From assembly GCA_944332265.1 (NCBI GenBank), contig CALVJQ010000003.1:9083-73082 (forward strand): DNA of 64,000 bases, written 5' to 3'. Shown here one piece after another: positions 8,883 to 17,197 of the stretch. Numbering within the stretch: position 1 is the first letter of the stretch; each line of letters begins with the position of its first letter. Under the pieces are notes generated by a model. The model was not told the DNA's origin. It saw nothing but the letters and a program-made list of their open reading frames with translations, and did no database searches. The stretch comes from an uncultured Bacilli bacterium (GTDB lineage: Bacteria > Bacillota_I > Bacilli_A > RF39 > UBA660). A program made the translations under genes and the position numbers.

Positions 8883-9107
8883 TCATAGATTAATTAAAAT
8901 TACATCCTCCCCTATTTTAGTTATATTATCAAATGATATTTTAGTTTCTGGGGATGAAGATAATATTTTTTTGATATTTCTTTTTTCTTCAATTATTAAA
9001 TTAATGATATGCCCTTGAGGAGTTATTTCAGCATCGATAATTCTACCGATACGACGACCATCTTTTGTACTTATAATATCTTTACTTTGAAGTTCTGATA
9101 GGAACAT
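8883..9107 (-). CDS. ylmC: YlmC/YmxH family PRC-barrel sporulation protein
   Basis: 74 aa. LSEL..KDII....G..IG.I.D.EI...G.I..LII pattern typical of YlmC/YmxH. Lies downstream of sigG as in Bacillus. Confidence 0.75.
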   Translation of the reverse strand: MFLSELQSKDIISTKDGRRIGRIIDAEITPQGHIINLIIEEKRNIKKILSSSPETKISFDNITKIGEDVILINL

Positions 9108-9130
9108 TAAATCACCTATTTAATTATATG

Positions 9131-9904
9131 TTATTTTACTAAGCGTTTGATATTTTCAAGGGCAGTTTTTTCAATTCGTGATACTTGAGCTTGGGATATA
9201 TTCAATTCTTGGCTTAATTCAGTTTGTGTTTTACCGATTATATAACGATTATAGATAATAAGTCGTTCTCTTTCTTTTAGATTGTTTAAAGCTTTACGTA
9301 AAGCAATTAATGTTTCTTTATCATATTCTTCTTTTTCTGAAGCAATTTGATCAAGTAAATAGATTGTATCTCCACCATCATTATATATTGGTTGGTAAAT
9401 GCTTATTGGTTCTTTTAAAGATGTTAAAGCATAAGAGATAAAATATTCATCGATACCTAATTTACTAGCTATTTCCGTATTAGTTGGTTCATGACCATAA
9501 GTATTATAATATTTTTCTTTATAACTTAGGATTTTATAAGCAATATCTTTAGTTCCACGGCTTACTCGTATTGGAGTTGCATCACGAAAAGCACGTAAGA
9601 TTTCTCCTTTAATTAAGAAAACAGCATATGTACTAAAGCAAACATTTAAAGATAAATCAAAATTATCAATTGCTTTTATAAGGCCTATGCAACCTATTTG
9701 GAACATGTCATTGATATTTTCTTCAGTTGTTTTAAATCTTTTTAAGATACTAAGAACTAATTTTAAGTTTCCTTCAACAAGTTTATCTTTAGCTTGTTTA
9801 TTTCCATTTTGATAAGATTTAAATAATTCATTCATTTCTTCAGTAGTTAAAGTTTTTAAGTTATTAGTATCGATACCAGGAATTGATACTTTTTTATTGT
9901 ACAT
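9131..9904 (-). CDS. sigG: sporulation sigma factor SigG (forespore late sigma)
   Basis: 257 aa. Collinear with my recollection of B. subtilis SigG (not database-checked): PGIDT..L..L...EM..LF, FQIGCIGLIKAIDNFDL, FSTYAV, PIRVSR..KDIAYK, PIYNDGGD.IYL.DQI, ISQAQVSRIEK. Confidence 0.88.
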   Translation of the reverse strand: MYNKKVSIPGIDTNNLKTLTTEEMNELFKSYQNGNKQAKDKLVEGNLKLVLSILKRFKTTEENINDMFQIGCIGLIKAIDNFDLSLNVCFSTYAVFLIKGEILRAFRDATPIRVSRGTKDIAYKILSYKEKYYNTYGHEPTNTEIASKLGIDEYFISYALTSLKEPISIYQPIYNDGGDTIYLLDQIASEKEEYDKETLIALRKALNNLKERERLIIYNRYIIGKTQTELSQELNISQAQVSRIEKTALENIKRLVK

Positions 9905-9925
9905 AAAAAAACTCCTTTCTATCCT

Positions 9926-9955
9926 TATTAAGGATAAAAAGAAGAATTTTTATTC
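9926..9955 (-). promoter_or_regulatory. candidate forespore (SigF/SigG-type) promoter of sigG
   Basis: Minus strand GAATA (9951..9955), 18 nt, CTTAATA (9926..9932) versus consensus GHATR-18-CATnHTA (one mismatch). The -35 overlaps the stop codon of the upstream ARH gene. Confidence 0.3.
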
Positions 9956-10888
9956 GTATTTATTTTCACTGAATTCTTCAAAGATATCTAATAGGTATTC
10001 TTTACGGACGATTTTATCTTTCCATTCTTCAGGAATAAAATCATAACCATATATGATTCCAGCTAAACCACCGGTTAATGCTCCTATAGTATCAGTATCT
10101 TCTCCTAGGTTAATAGCTCCTATTATAGCTGATTTATAGGTATCTGTATTAAGGAGTACCCAAATACAAGCTTCTAGAGTATCTACAATATAACCAGAGG
10201 ATTTAATATCATTTATTTTTAATTTAGAAATATCTTCTTTTAAAAGACGAGAATATTCTTTTTGTGTATCTTCACTAAACATTGTATAATCAACACATTT
10301 AGTCATACTATAAGCAGAATATTTATCTTTACCGGTTAGAAGAAACATAGCAAATCTAGTATATATATAACAACCCATTATGCTTATTTCATGAGCATGA
10401 GTTATTGAGGAAATCTTAGTTACTAATTCTAGGACTTCAAAGTCTTTTAGTTTTTTAGCTAAAGCATAGTAAGCGATTGGTAAAATACGCATTAGAGAAC
10501 CATTACCATTAGCGTTTATATCGTTAATTCCACATGTAGTTGGTTCATCATGATTTTCTTCAAATCGATCTATAGCACGAGCACAAGTATTACCAATATC
10601 AAATACTTCGTGATTAGGGGTATATTGAGCATGGTTTTTAAAAGCCGCAAATTTTAAAGCAATGTCATATAAGTCGATACCATTTTTAGCATTTATTGAA
10701 TCGATAGTTGCAATCATCATTGATGTATCATCTGACCAAGTACCTTCTGGTAAATTATAAGTTCCGTGACCTGTCATCTTGGTAATTGGTTTTTTTAATA
10801 ATTCTTCTCTGCTTTTAAATTCTAATGGTACACCCATTGCATCTCCTATAACAAAGCCCATTAGGCCATCGATGTATTTCAACCTCAT
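9950..10888 (-). CDS. ADP-ribosylglycohydrolase family protein (ARH/DraG-like)
   Basis: GDAMGVPLEF, TWSDDTSM and GEDTDTIGALTGGLAGIIYG, the di-metal site motifs of PF03747. Start is probably ATG 10888 (GGTGGGTGG RBS); the ORF track gives 10900. Confidence 0.9.
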   Translation of the reverse strand: MRLKYIDGLMGFVIGDAMGVPLEFKSREELLKKPITKMTGHGTYNLPEGTWSDDTSMMIATIDSINAKNGIDLYDIALKFAAFKNHAQYTPNHEVFDIGNTCARAIDRFEENHDEPTTCGINDINANGNGSLMRILPIAYYALAKKLKDFEVLELVTKISSITHAHEISIMGCYIYTRFAMFLLTGKDKYSAYSMTKCVDYTMFSEDTQKEYSRLLKEDISKLKINDIKSSGYIVDTLEACIWVLLNTDTYKSAIIGAINLGEDTDTIGALTGGLAGIIYGYDFIPEEWKDKIVRKEYLLDIFEEFSENKYE

Positions 10889-10914
10889 GATACCACCCAC
10901 CTATCACTATTATA

Positions 10915-11631
10915 CTATATTTTTGACTTTTTTATAGTATTTTCTTTACTATAGACAGAATTAAAGTAGTTAATTGCTTCTTTTAGTAGTTGATCAAAAT
11001 AAGCATTAGATATATTTTTATTTTCTAGTAAAGAGATAAATTTATTTTTATCATATATAGTAAGAAGATATCTAATTAGAAGATAACTTAAGTCATATCC
11101 ATCATAAATTATTTGGTTATTTATTTTTTTAACAAAATTATTACCATACATTACAGCAAGTGAAGGAATTTTATAATTATTAATAATAGACATTAAATTA
11201 GTTAAGTCTTCTTTGTAAGAATTATCTAAATATTTAGCAATCCCTTCAGTTAACCATTCAGGTAATGAACCAAATAAATAATTTGTTATATAATGAATTA
11301 ATTCATGATAAACAATATAATCATATTCTTTTTTAGTAAAGGTAGAAAGAGATGTAGTTGGATCAAATAAGTTTATACTACGTGATATGTTATTTTGACA
11401 GTCTTCATCTATCATACAAGCACACATATAATCGGGATAATCTTTAAATCCTCTAGCTTTTAGTCCTGATACTAAGTGATTAAGATCTTTATAAAGGAAT
11501 ATTTTTACTTTACAATCTTTATTTGGTTTATTAAACCAAGCGAAGATTTCGTTTTTACTACGTTCTATTAATTTATCGAGATGAAAAGCATATTCATTAC
11601 TAGCATCAATTATAATAATGTCATTTTTCAT
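10915..11631 (-). CDS. MA-clan zinc metallopeptidase-like protein (Peptidase_MA_2-like)
   Basis: YHELIHYITNYLFGSLPEWLTEGIAKYLD, i.e. HExxH plus the downstream P.W..EG.A.Y signature. No signal peptide. Confidence 0.6.
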   Translation of the reverse strand: MKNDIIIIDASNEYAFHLDKLIERSKNEIFAWFNKPNKDCKVKIFLYKDLNHLVSGLKARGFKDYPDYMCACMIDEDCQNNISRSINLFDPTTSLSTFTKKEYDYIVYHELIHYITNYLFGSLPEWLTEGIAKYLDNSYKEDLTNLMSIINNYKIPSLAVMYGNNFVKKINNQIIYDGYDLSYLLIRYLLTIYDKNKFISLLENKNISNAYFDQLLKEAINYFNSVYSKENTIKKSKI

Positions 11632-12130
11632 TTAAATCACGGCTTTCCATTATTTTTAAATTATCTAAATTAATTAGGTGTATTTTATGATTATGATAAA
11701 GAATACAAGTATGTTCTTTGTTCATACGAGGTCTTCCTACACTACCAGGGTTTATATTAGAACCATGGATATTATAAATATGAGTATGACCACTTAATAT
11801 GTAACAGTTTTTAGATTCTTGATAATATTTATATAAACGATGACCATGAGTAATAAAAAAAGGAAGTTTATCAATAGTAAGTTTTATATATTCTTGAAGA
11901 CAATTAAAATTTAGTAGTTCTTGATTTACTAAGAGATCGTTATTTCCTTTTACAGCATATATAATAGAACTATATTTATTTAAGATATTACATACTTCTT
12001 TTGTCTTATAACTAAGTAAATCACCAAGTAATATTATATAATCAGGTTTTTCTTTAATTATTAGTTCTTCTAACTTTTTGGTATATTCGATATTACCATG
12101 AATATCTGAAGCTATAATAGCTTTACTCAT
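11621..12130 (-). CDS. YfcE/MJ0936-family metallophosphoesterase, paralog 2
   Basis: DIHG, LGDL, GNND, THGH and GHTH motifs in canonical order. 169 aa. 11-nt overlap with the downstream gene. Confidence 0.85.
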   Translation of the reverse strand: MSKAIIASDIHGNIEYTKKLEELIIKEKPDYIILLGDLLSYKTKEVCNILNKYSSIIYAVKGNNDLLVNQELLNFNCLQEYIKLTIDKLPFFITHGHRLYKYYQESKNCYILSGHTHIYNIHGSNINPGSVGRPRMNKEHTCILYHNHKIHLINLDNLKIMESRDLNEK

Positions 12131-12650
12131 TTAATTTTCGCTCTTTTATAATATGAAAGTCAGTTAAAGAAATTAAAGAAATAGTATTATCTTGGTATAT
12201 AAAACAAGTATGTTCAGGATTTTCTTTAGGAAGTGAAATACTGCCAGGATTTAGAATTTGACCATCAAGAGAGTAAACATGGGTATGACCAACAAAATAA
12301 TAAGTATTAGCTAATAAATTGTTTTTATCTAGATGGTGTCCGTGCATAAAATGAAAATGATGATGAGAAACAGTTAAACTTGTTTCTTTTAAAAGAGGAA
12401 AATTTGATATCATTTGATCGACTTCAGCATCACAATTTCCTTGTACAGCAATTATTTTATTTGAATATTTATTTAAAGTATCAGCGACTTTTTGACAGTT
12501 GTATTCTTCTGGCAAAGGATTTCTTGGACCATGATAATATAAATCACCAAGAAGAACTATTTTATCGGGATTTTCTTTAATTATTAGTTCTTCTAATTTT
12601 TTAGTATATTTATATGATCCATGAATGTCTGATGCAATTATTAATTTCAT
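12123..12650 (-). CDS. YfcE/MJ0936-family metallophosphoesterase, paralog 1
   Basis: DIHG, LGDL, GNCD, MHGH and GHTH motifs. 175 aa. 8-nt overlap with paralog 2. The RBS AAGGAGAG lies inside the end of the upstream UDG-like gene. Confidence 0.85.
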   Translation of the reverse strand: MKLIIASDIHGSYKYTKKLEELIIKENPDKIVLLGDLYYHGPRNPLPEEYNCQKVADTLNKYSNKIIAVQGNCDAEVDQMISNFPLLKETSLTVSHHHFHFMHGHHLDKNNLLANTYYFVGHTHVYSLDGQILNPGSISLPKENPEHTCFIYQDNTISLISLTDFHIIKERKLNE

Positions 12651-12652
12651 TA

Positions 12653-13312
12653 TTATCTCTCCTTTAGATAGTTATTTATAATCCATTTTATATCTTCTAT
12701 TGCTTTTGGTAAATTAAAGCGACCATTCCCTACTGGATAGTAGATGGGAAAACATTGATATTTTTGCTTAGCAATGATTTTGGGAAAAGATTGTTTTCTT
12801 GTCTGGGAAACTGATATTTTTTGGTTAAGAAAGATAGAACTTACTTGGTTACCAAAAAGAATAATTATTTTAGGTTTGATAATACTAATTTCTTTTTCAA
12901 GTAAAGGGAGATAGTCTTTAAAGTAATTATCATTTAAAGGACGTGCGTCTGTTTGAGTACATTTCCCGAGATTAGTTATAAAAACTTTGTGTTTTGTTAT
13001 GTTTTCGTAAACTAGGTTGGCAAACTCTGGAGTCCAAGATGATCCTTTAATCGATTTTATTTGGTCATATAAATCTTGATCTATTAGGTTTAAAGCAATA
13101 AATAAATCCCATATATTTTTGGTTCCAAGCCATGGATGATATGGGCCTTTCCAACCTGGTAAGGAAGCAATATTTCGACCTGTCGGATTCATAAAAACAA
13201 AACAGATATCAGGATTATTTTCTAAGCCACCATTATATATTGAATGAAGATTAGGATCACCATATATCTTTTGTAAACGATCATATTCTTTATTTAAACT
13301 TTTTATTTTCAT
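12653..13312 (-). CDS. uracil-DNA glycosylase superfamily protein (non-family-1; SMUG-like FMNPTG motif)
   Basis: 219 aa. FVFMNPTGRN at the motif-A position, ITNLGKC, and (I)LFGNQV before the C-terminal motif region. The UDG fold is inferred from the motif order. Confidence 0.55.
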   Translation of the reverse strand: MKIKSLNKEYDRLQKIYGDPNLHSIYNGGLENNPDICFVFMNPTGRNIASLPGWKGPYHPWLGTKNIWDLFIALNLIDQDLYDQIKSIKGSSWTPEFANLVYENITKHKVFITNLGKCTQTDARPLNDNYFKDYLPLLEKEISIIKPKIIILFGNQVSSIFLNQKISVSQTRKQSFPKIIAKQKYQCFPIYYPVGNGRFNLPKAIEDIKWIINNYLKER

Positions 13313-13509
13313 ATAATTACCTCTTTTGCATTATAGCATATTAAAGAAAAAAAATAAAAAAAAGGTTATTTTGTTATATGGTTTTTTTGCTATATATTAT
13401 ATTAAATATAAATATTATATGTTTTTTTATGAAGTATAAAATTATAAGAAAAATATTTCAATATATTTAAAACAAGAATTATTATGTTTAAATAACCAAT
13501 AAAGATTTT

Positions 13510-13542
13510 TAAAAAAAAGCTAATACTACTTACGTATTAGCT
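13510..13542 (-). terminator. rho-independent terminator of the fibro-slime gene
   Basis: AGCTAATAC-TACTTAC-GTATTAGCT hairpin (13518..13542) followed on the minus strand by TTTTTTTT. Confidence 0.65.
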
Positions 13543-13671
13543 TAACTAATTAATTATATTACCTTATCTCTAAATATTATTTAATAAATAATTCTTTATC
13601 AATTATTTTCTTATTGATGATGTTAGATATATATGTTAGTGTTAGTCTTTTTTGATTTTATTCGATATTTT

Positions 13672-15000
13672 TTAATTATATTTATATTTATTTAAAATTA
13701 GTAAAATTATTATTATAATAGAAATAATCATAGTTATAAATACTATAGGTATATATTCACTTGTTTCTGGATTTTCTATACTTGGAGTACTTTGTGATGG
13801 TAAAAGATTTGGATGTTCATCCATTTCTTGCTTTTCTCCGTTAATTGTTGGATAAAAAGAAGCTTCCAAAGAAGAATCTGTATGACCTCTTTCCAAGTAA
13901 AATATCTTTAATTCGTGTTTAGTATTATCTTTATATGTATACTTTGTAATATTACCTAGTTCGTCTGTTTCTTTGATAATATTATTTTCTAAGTAGTTTG
14001 ATTCTAGTTCTCCCTGAATCGCTTCATATTTTTCACCTAAGTAATATTCAAAGACATTTACTGATGGTTGTATTGCAGTTTCTTCCTTGGGTTTTATTGT
14101 AACCTTTCCTGTCGAAAAATTAATTGTTGTTGTTATTGCATCATGAATTCCACCTAAATCTGATATTAATACTCCATCAATAAAAACCCAAATATCATCA
14201 TCACCAGTAAAAGTAAATATCATTTCTTGTTCTTGCTTTTGATTGTTTGAAACATATCCATCTTTGGGTTGAACAAACTCAGCTTCAATACTCATCCCTA
14301 AAAAATGATTTATATTCGCGTTTTGTGATGTGGTTTCTTCTTTTATAATTAACTCGTCATTTTCAATTTTAAATACATCGTCTAAGTTCGCAAACGGGAA
14401 GAACTGTCCTTGTCTAAAGTTCCCAATTATGCCTGGCTTACTATATAAATCTATACTATTAGTGTCTTTGTTATATTTAGCAAAATTTTTATAACAACTA
14501 TAATTATCTCCTAATACTTCTGAGTAATTTAATAATTTTTTTACATTAGTATAAGATTTTTTATACTCTAACTTTATAGATGGATCAAATAAATATGCAA
14601 GAGATTCACTTGTTCTTCCTTGTAAACTTTCTACTACATCTATCTCCTCTTGTGAAATATTTAAAACTGGATAGCCGTTTCGATCTAATATAGGATAAAC
14701 AATATTAGTTACAGGCGTTGCTATATCTCCACTCCATCTATTCCACCATCCTTTTGTAGGAGGAATACCTTTTCCAAATAAAAGTATATGATTTTTATTT
14801 ATTCCGTAATTTTCAAGATTCGAGTATTTTGTTGCATCTGCCATATTTTCATCTTCTAGCCAATAATCGAACAAATTAACTGTTACATCAGACGTACTAT
14901 TTGATTCGATTTTAAAATCATCATAGGCTTTAGCGTTCACAAAAGTTTGTGTAAATAAAAATATTATACTTATAAAAAAAACAATAGCTATTCTTTTCAT
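13672..15000 (-). CDS. secreted fibro-slime / PA14-like domain protein with C-terminal sorting-signal-like anchor
   Basis: Signal peptide (MKRIAIVFFISIIFLFTQTFVNA). FTFTGDDDIWVFIDGVLISDLGGIHDA, the hallmark GDDD.WVFI...L..DLGG.H of the fibro-slime/PA14 family. C-terminus has NPETS, a hydrophobic helix and NKYKYN. Confidence 0.75.
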   Translation of the reverse strand: MKRIAIVFFISIIFLFTQTFVNAKAYDDFKIESNSTSDVTVNLFDYWLEDENMADATKYSNLENYGINKNHILLFGKGIPPTKGWWNRWSGDIATPVTNIVYPILDRNGYPVLNISQEEIDVVESLQGRTSESLAYLFDPSIKLEYKKSYTNVKKLLNYSEVLGDNYSCYKNFAKYNKDTNSIDLYSKPGIIGNFRQGQFFPFANLDDVFKIENDELIIKEETTSQNANINHFLGMSIEAEFVQPKDGYVSNNQKQEQEMIFTFTGDDDIWVFIDGVLISDLGGIHDAITTTINFSTGKVTIKPKEETAIQPSVNVFEYYLGEKYEAIQGELESNYLENNIIKETDELGNITKYTYKDNTKHELKIFYLERGHTDSSLEASFYPTINGEKQEMDEHPNLLPSQSTPSIENPETSEYIPIVFITMIISIIIIILLILNKYKYN

Positions 15001-15070
15001 TTTTTCATTCTCACATTCTTATTTTATTTTCTTATAATAAGTGTACCCCTCCCCCCGAATTTTTGTCAAG

Positions 15071-15096
15071 AAAAAAAGATTGCATTTAACAATCTA
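15071..15096 (-). terminator. terminator-like hairpin just upstream of the fibro-slime promoter region
   Basis: Minus strand AGATTG-TTAAATG-CAATCT followed by TTTTTTT, then immediately TTGACA. Confidence 0.4.
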
Positions 15097-15689
15097 TTAT
15101 AGTACTAAATTAAAAGTAAATAATATTAATTTATTTAACATATATTAGTCTTTTTATAATTGAAGATATGTTATAATATAATTTCTTAATTGGAAAAATT
15201 AATTTTTTTAGTTTTCTCTTTCAATAAAACATATATTATTTATTATATTAAAATTATTTTTTTTTGGGTTTTTTATTATATTTATAGATAAATAATTTAT
15301 CAATATCATCATTAATACTTTAAATATTAAAAATTTGATATCTTCTATTATATATTTTTACATTCATCTTATATTATATTAGAAAATATATTTAACTTAT
15401 TATATAGTGGTTGCTTTCTTATCAGTACTTATTTTTTTATTACGTAGATATATTGTTTTAATTATTAATAAATATAATATAATAGATTTGTATAAATATT
15501 TTTCATGTTTAGTAAGTTTATTTGACATATAGTAGTATTATTAAAAAATTTAATGTTTAGTGTAAATTTGAAGATAGAAGATAAGAAATAATAATTTATA
15601 TCATTATAATAATCCAAAGAATATCTTTTGTTGGAAACGTTTCATTTTATACGCTATATAGTCCTTTATATATGCATAATAGCGTCCTA

Positions 15690-15735
15690 AACAATAACCG
15701 AGTAGCTCAACTGGACTTACGCCAAAAGCTACTCG
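15690..15735 (-). terminator. probable terminator of the hemolysin-III gene (long-loop hairpin)
   Basis: CGAGTAGC / GCTACTCG 8-bp stem (15699..15706 / 15728..15735) with a 21-nt loop, followed on the minus strand by GTTATTGTTT. The large loop is atypical. Confidence 0.35.
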
Positions 15736-15781
15736 TTGTTAATTTTATTATATCATTTTATTTAATGTTTAGTAAGTAAAA

Positions 15782-16432
15782 TTAAACTACATAAATTAAT
15801 ATACTTAGAAACTGAAGAATAGAACCTGCTAAGACAAAGAAATGAAACACGGAATGAAAATAGCGTTTTTTAGAGCCAATACCATATAGAATAGCTCCAA
15901 TTGTATAAGCTACACCACCAGTTATTAAAAGAATTAAACCTGGTAAAGCTAGTACTTCTTCGATACTATTATATGAAAATATTATCATCCAGCCCATTAC
16001 TAAGTATAAAATCACTGATGGAATCTGAAACTTTTCTAAGTCAATAGCATTAAGTAAGACTCCTACTATAGCACTTAACCAGATAATAGAAAATATTATC
16101 CATCCTTTTATACCCCCTATTAAACATAAACAATATGGGGTATAACATCCAGCGATAAAAAGATAAATATCACAATGATCTAGAATACGAAATACTTTTT
16201 TAGCTTTTATTCTAGGACTAAAGGCATGATATAAGCAACTATTTAGATACATTATAATCATTGTTGAACCATAAATGCATGATGATACAACACCAATAGT
16301 ACTATGATTTTTAGCTGATTGGACAATAGTTAGAACTAAAGCAACAATACCTAGAATGACACCTAGACCATGAGATATTGAATTTATTAGTTCTTCACAT
16401 AAATTGTATTTTGGAATAGTTATTTTTCTCAT
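15782..16432 (-). CDS. hemolysin III / PAQR family channel protein
   Basis: 216 aa, 7 TM. YHAFSP..K..FR.LDHC.IY..IAG.YTP and the C-terminal HS.FH motif. Confidence 0.9.
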   Translation of the reverse strand: MRKITIPKYNLCEELINSISHGLGVILGIVALVLTIVQSAKNHSTIGVVSSCIYGSTMIIMYLNSCLYHAFSPRIKAKKVFRILDHCDIYLFIAGCYTPYCLCLIGGIKGWIIFSIIWLSAIVGVLLNAIDLEKFQIPSVILYLVMGWMIIFSYNSIEEVLALPGLILLITGGVAYTIGAILYGIGSKKRYFHSVFHFFVLAGSILQFLSILIYVV

Positions 16433-17145
16433 TTAGATTCCTCCCATTTTCTTAATATTTCTTCGGGTATTAAAGTAGCATCAAATCGATAATGACCAGT
16501 TATTTTCTTTTTAGTTAGAAAGTCTTCTTCACGAATTGGCTGACCATAATTATGAATTACATAAGAAATTCCATCTTTATTACGACGATCAGATACAATA
16601 CCTATGTGTTTATGTTCAAATATAACAAGGTCTCCTGGTTGCCACTCTTTTATATCTTTAGGGTTAAGACTTAAAGAATGGTCAGCATATTTACTAAAAA
16701 AGATTTCAAGATTGATAACACGTCTAAAGTCTATATTAGGATCACGATTAGTAATATTAGGATAGTCTTCTCTATTATTTTTTATATCATTATCAACCAT
16801 ATCACGAAGAGAATATCCTGCATTTTTAAAAGCGCGCCAGATAACATCGGTACAGACCCCTTCATTATCTGGTGGATATGAGGTGTCATAATATTTACTA
16901 ATATAAGTAGGATGATTTTCCGCATCTTTGCGGGCTCCTAAAACAAAATCAGTATAATCGTCTATATTATTATCATTATAATCACTTTTACTATAAATGG
17001 TTTTAATAGCAAAATCGGATGCTTTATAATATTCTTTAGGAATTAAATTATAGTAATCCATTATGAATAAAACTAATAAAGTAAAGAGAATTATTATCAT
17101 AATGAAAATAAAAGTTTTAATAATATTCTTTTTTATATTATCCAT
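16429..17145 (-). CDS. DUF1287 domain protein, N-terminally membrane anchored
   Basis: GVCTDVIWRAFKNAGY, DPNIDFRRV.NL..FF, PGDLV.F...HIGIVSD. 4-nt overlap with the hemolysin-III gene start. Confidence 0.75.
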   Translation of the reverse strand: MDNIKKNIIKTFIFIMIIILFTLLVLFIMDYYNLIPKEYYKASDFAIKTIYSKSDYNDNNIDDYTDFVLGARKDAENHPTYISKYYDTSYPPDNEGVCTDVIWRAFKNAGYSLRDMVDNDIKNNREDYPNITNRDPNIDFRRVINLEIFFSKYADHSLSLNPKDIKEWQPGDLVIFEHKHIGIVSDRRNKDGISYVIHNYGQPIREEDFLTKKKITGHYRFDATLIPEEILRKWEESK

Positions 17146-17197
17146 AACATGCTCCTTACTATTTTTATTATAGCATAAATAGATAAATTAGTTATTT

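Noticed and set aside
15046-15056. G-tract GGGGGGAGGGG (minus strand) considered as a G-quadruplex
   Set aside because: There are only two contiguous G-runs and no four-tract arrangement within a reasonable distance. I noted it only as a compositional oddity in the promoter region.
15690-15740. tRNA-like sequence (GAGTAGCTCAACTGGA resembles an acceptor/D-arm), considered as a tRNA gene or an integration-site remnant
   Set aside because: No anticodon arm, T-arm (GTTCRANYC) or 3' acceptor complement can be folded. It is more simply a long-loop hairpin downstream of the hemolysin-III gene.
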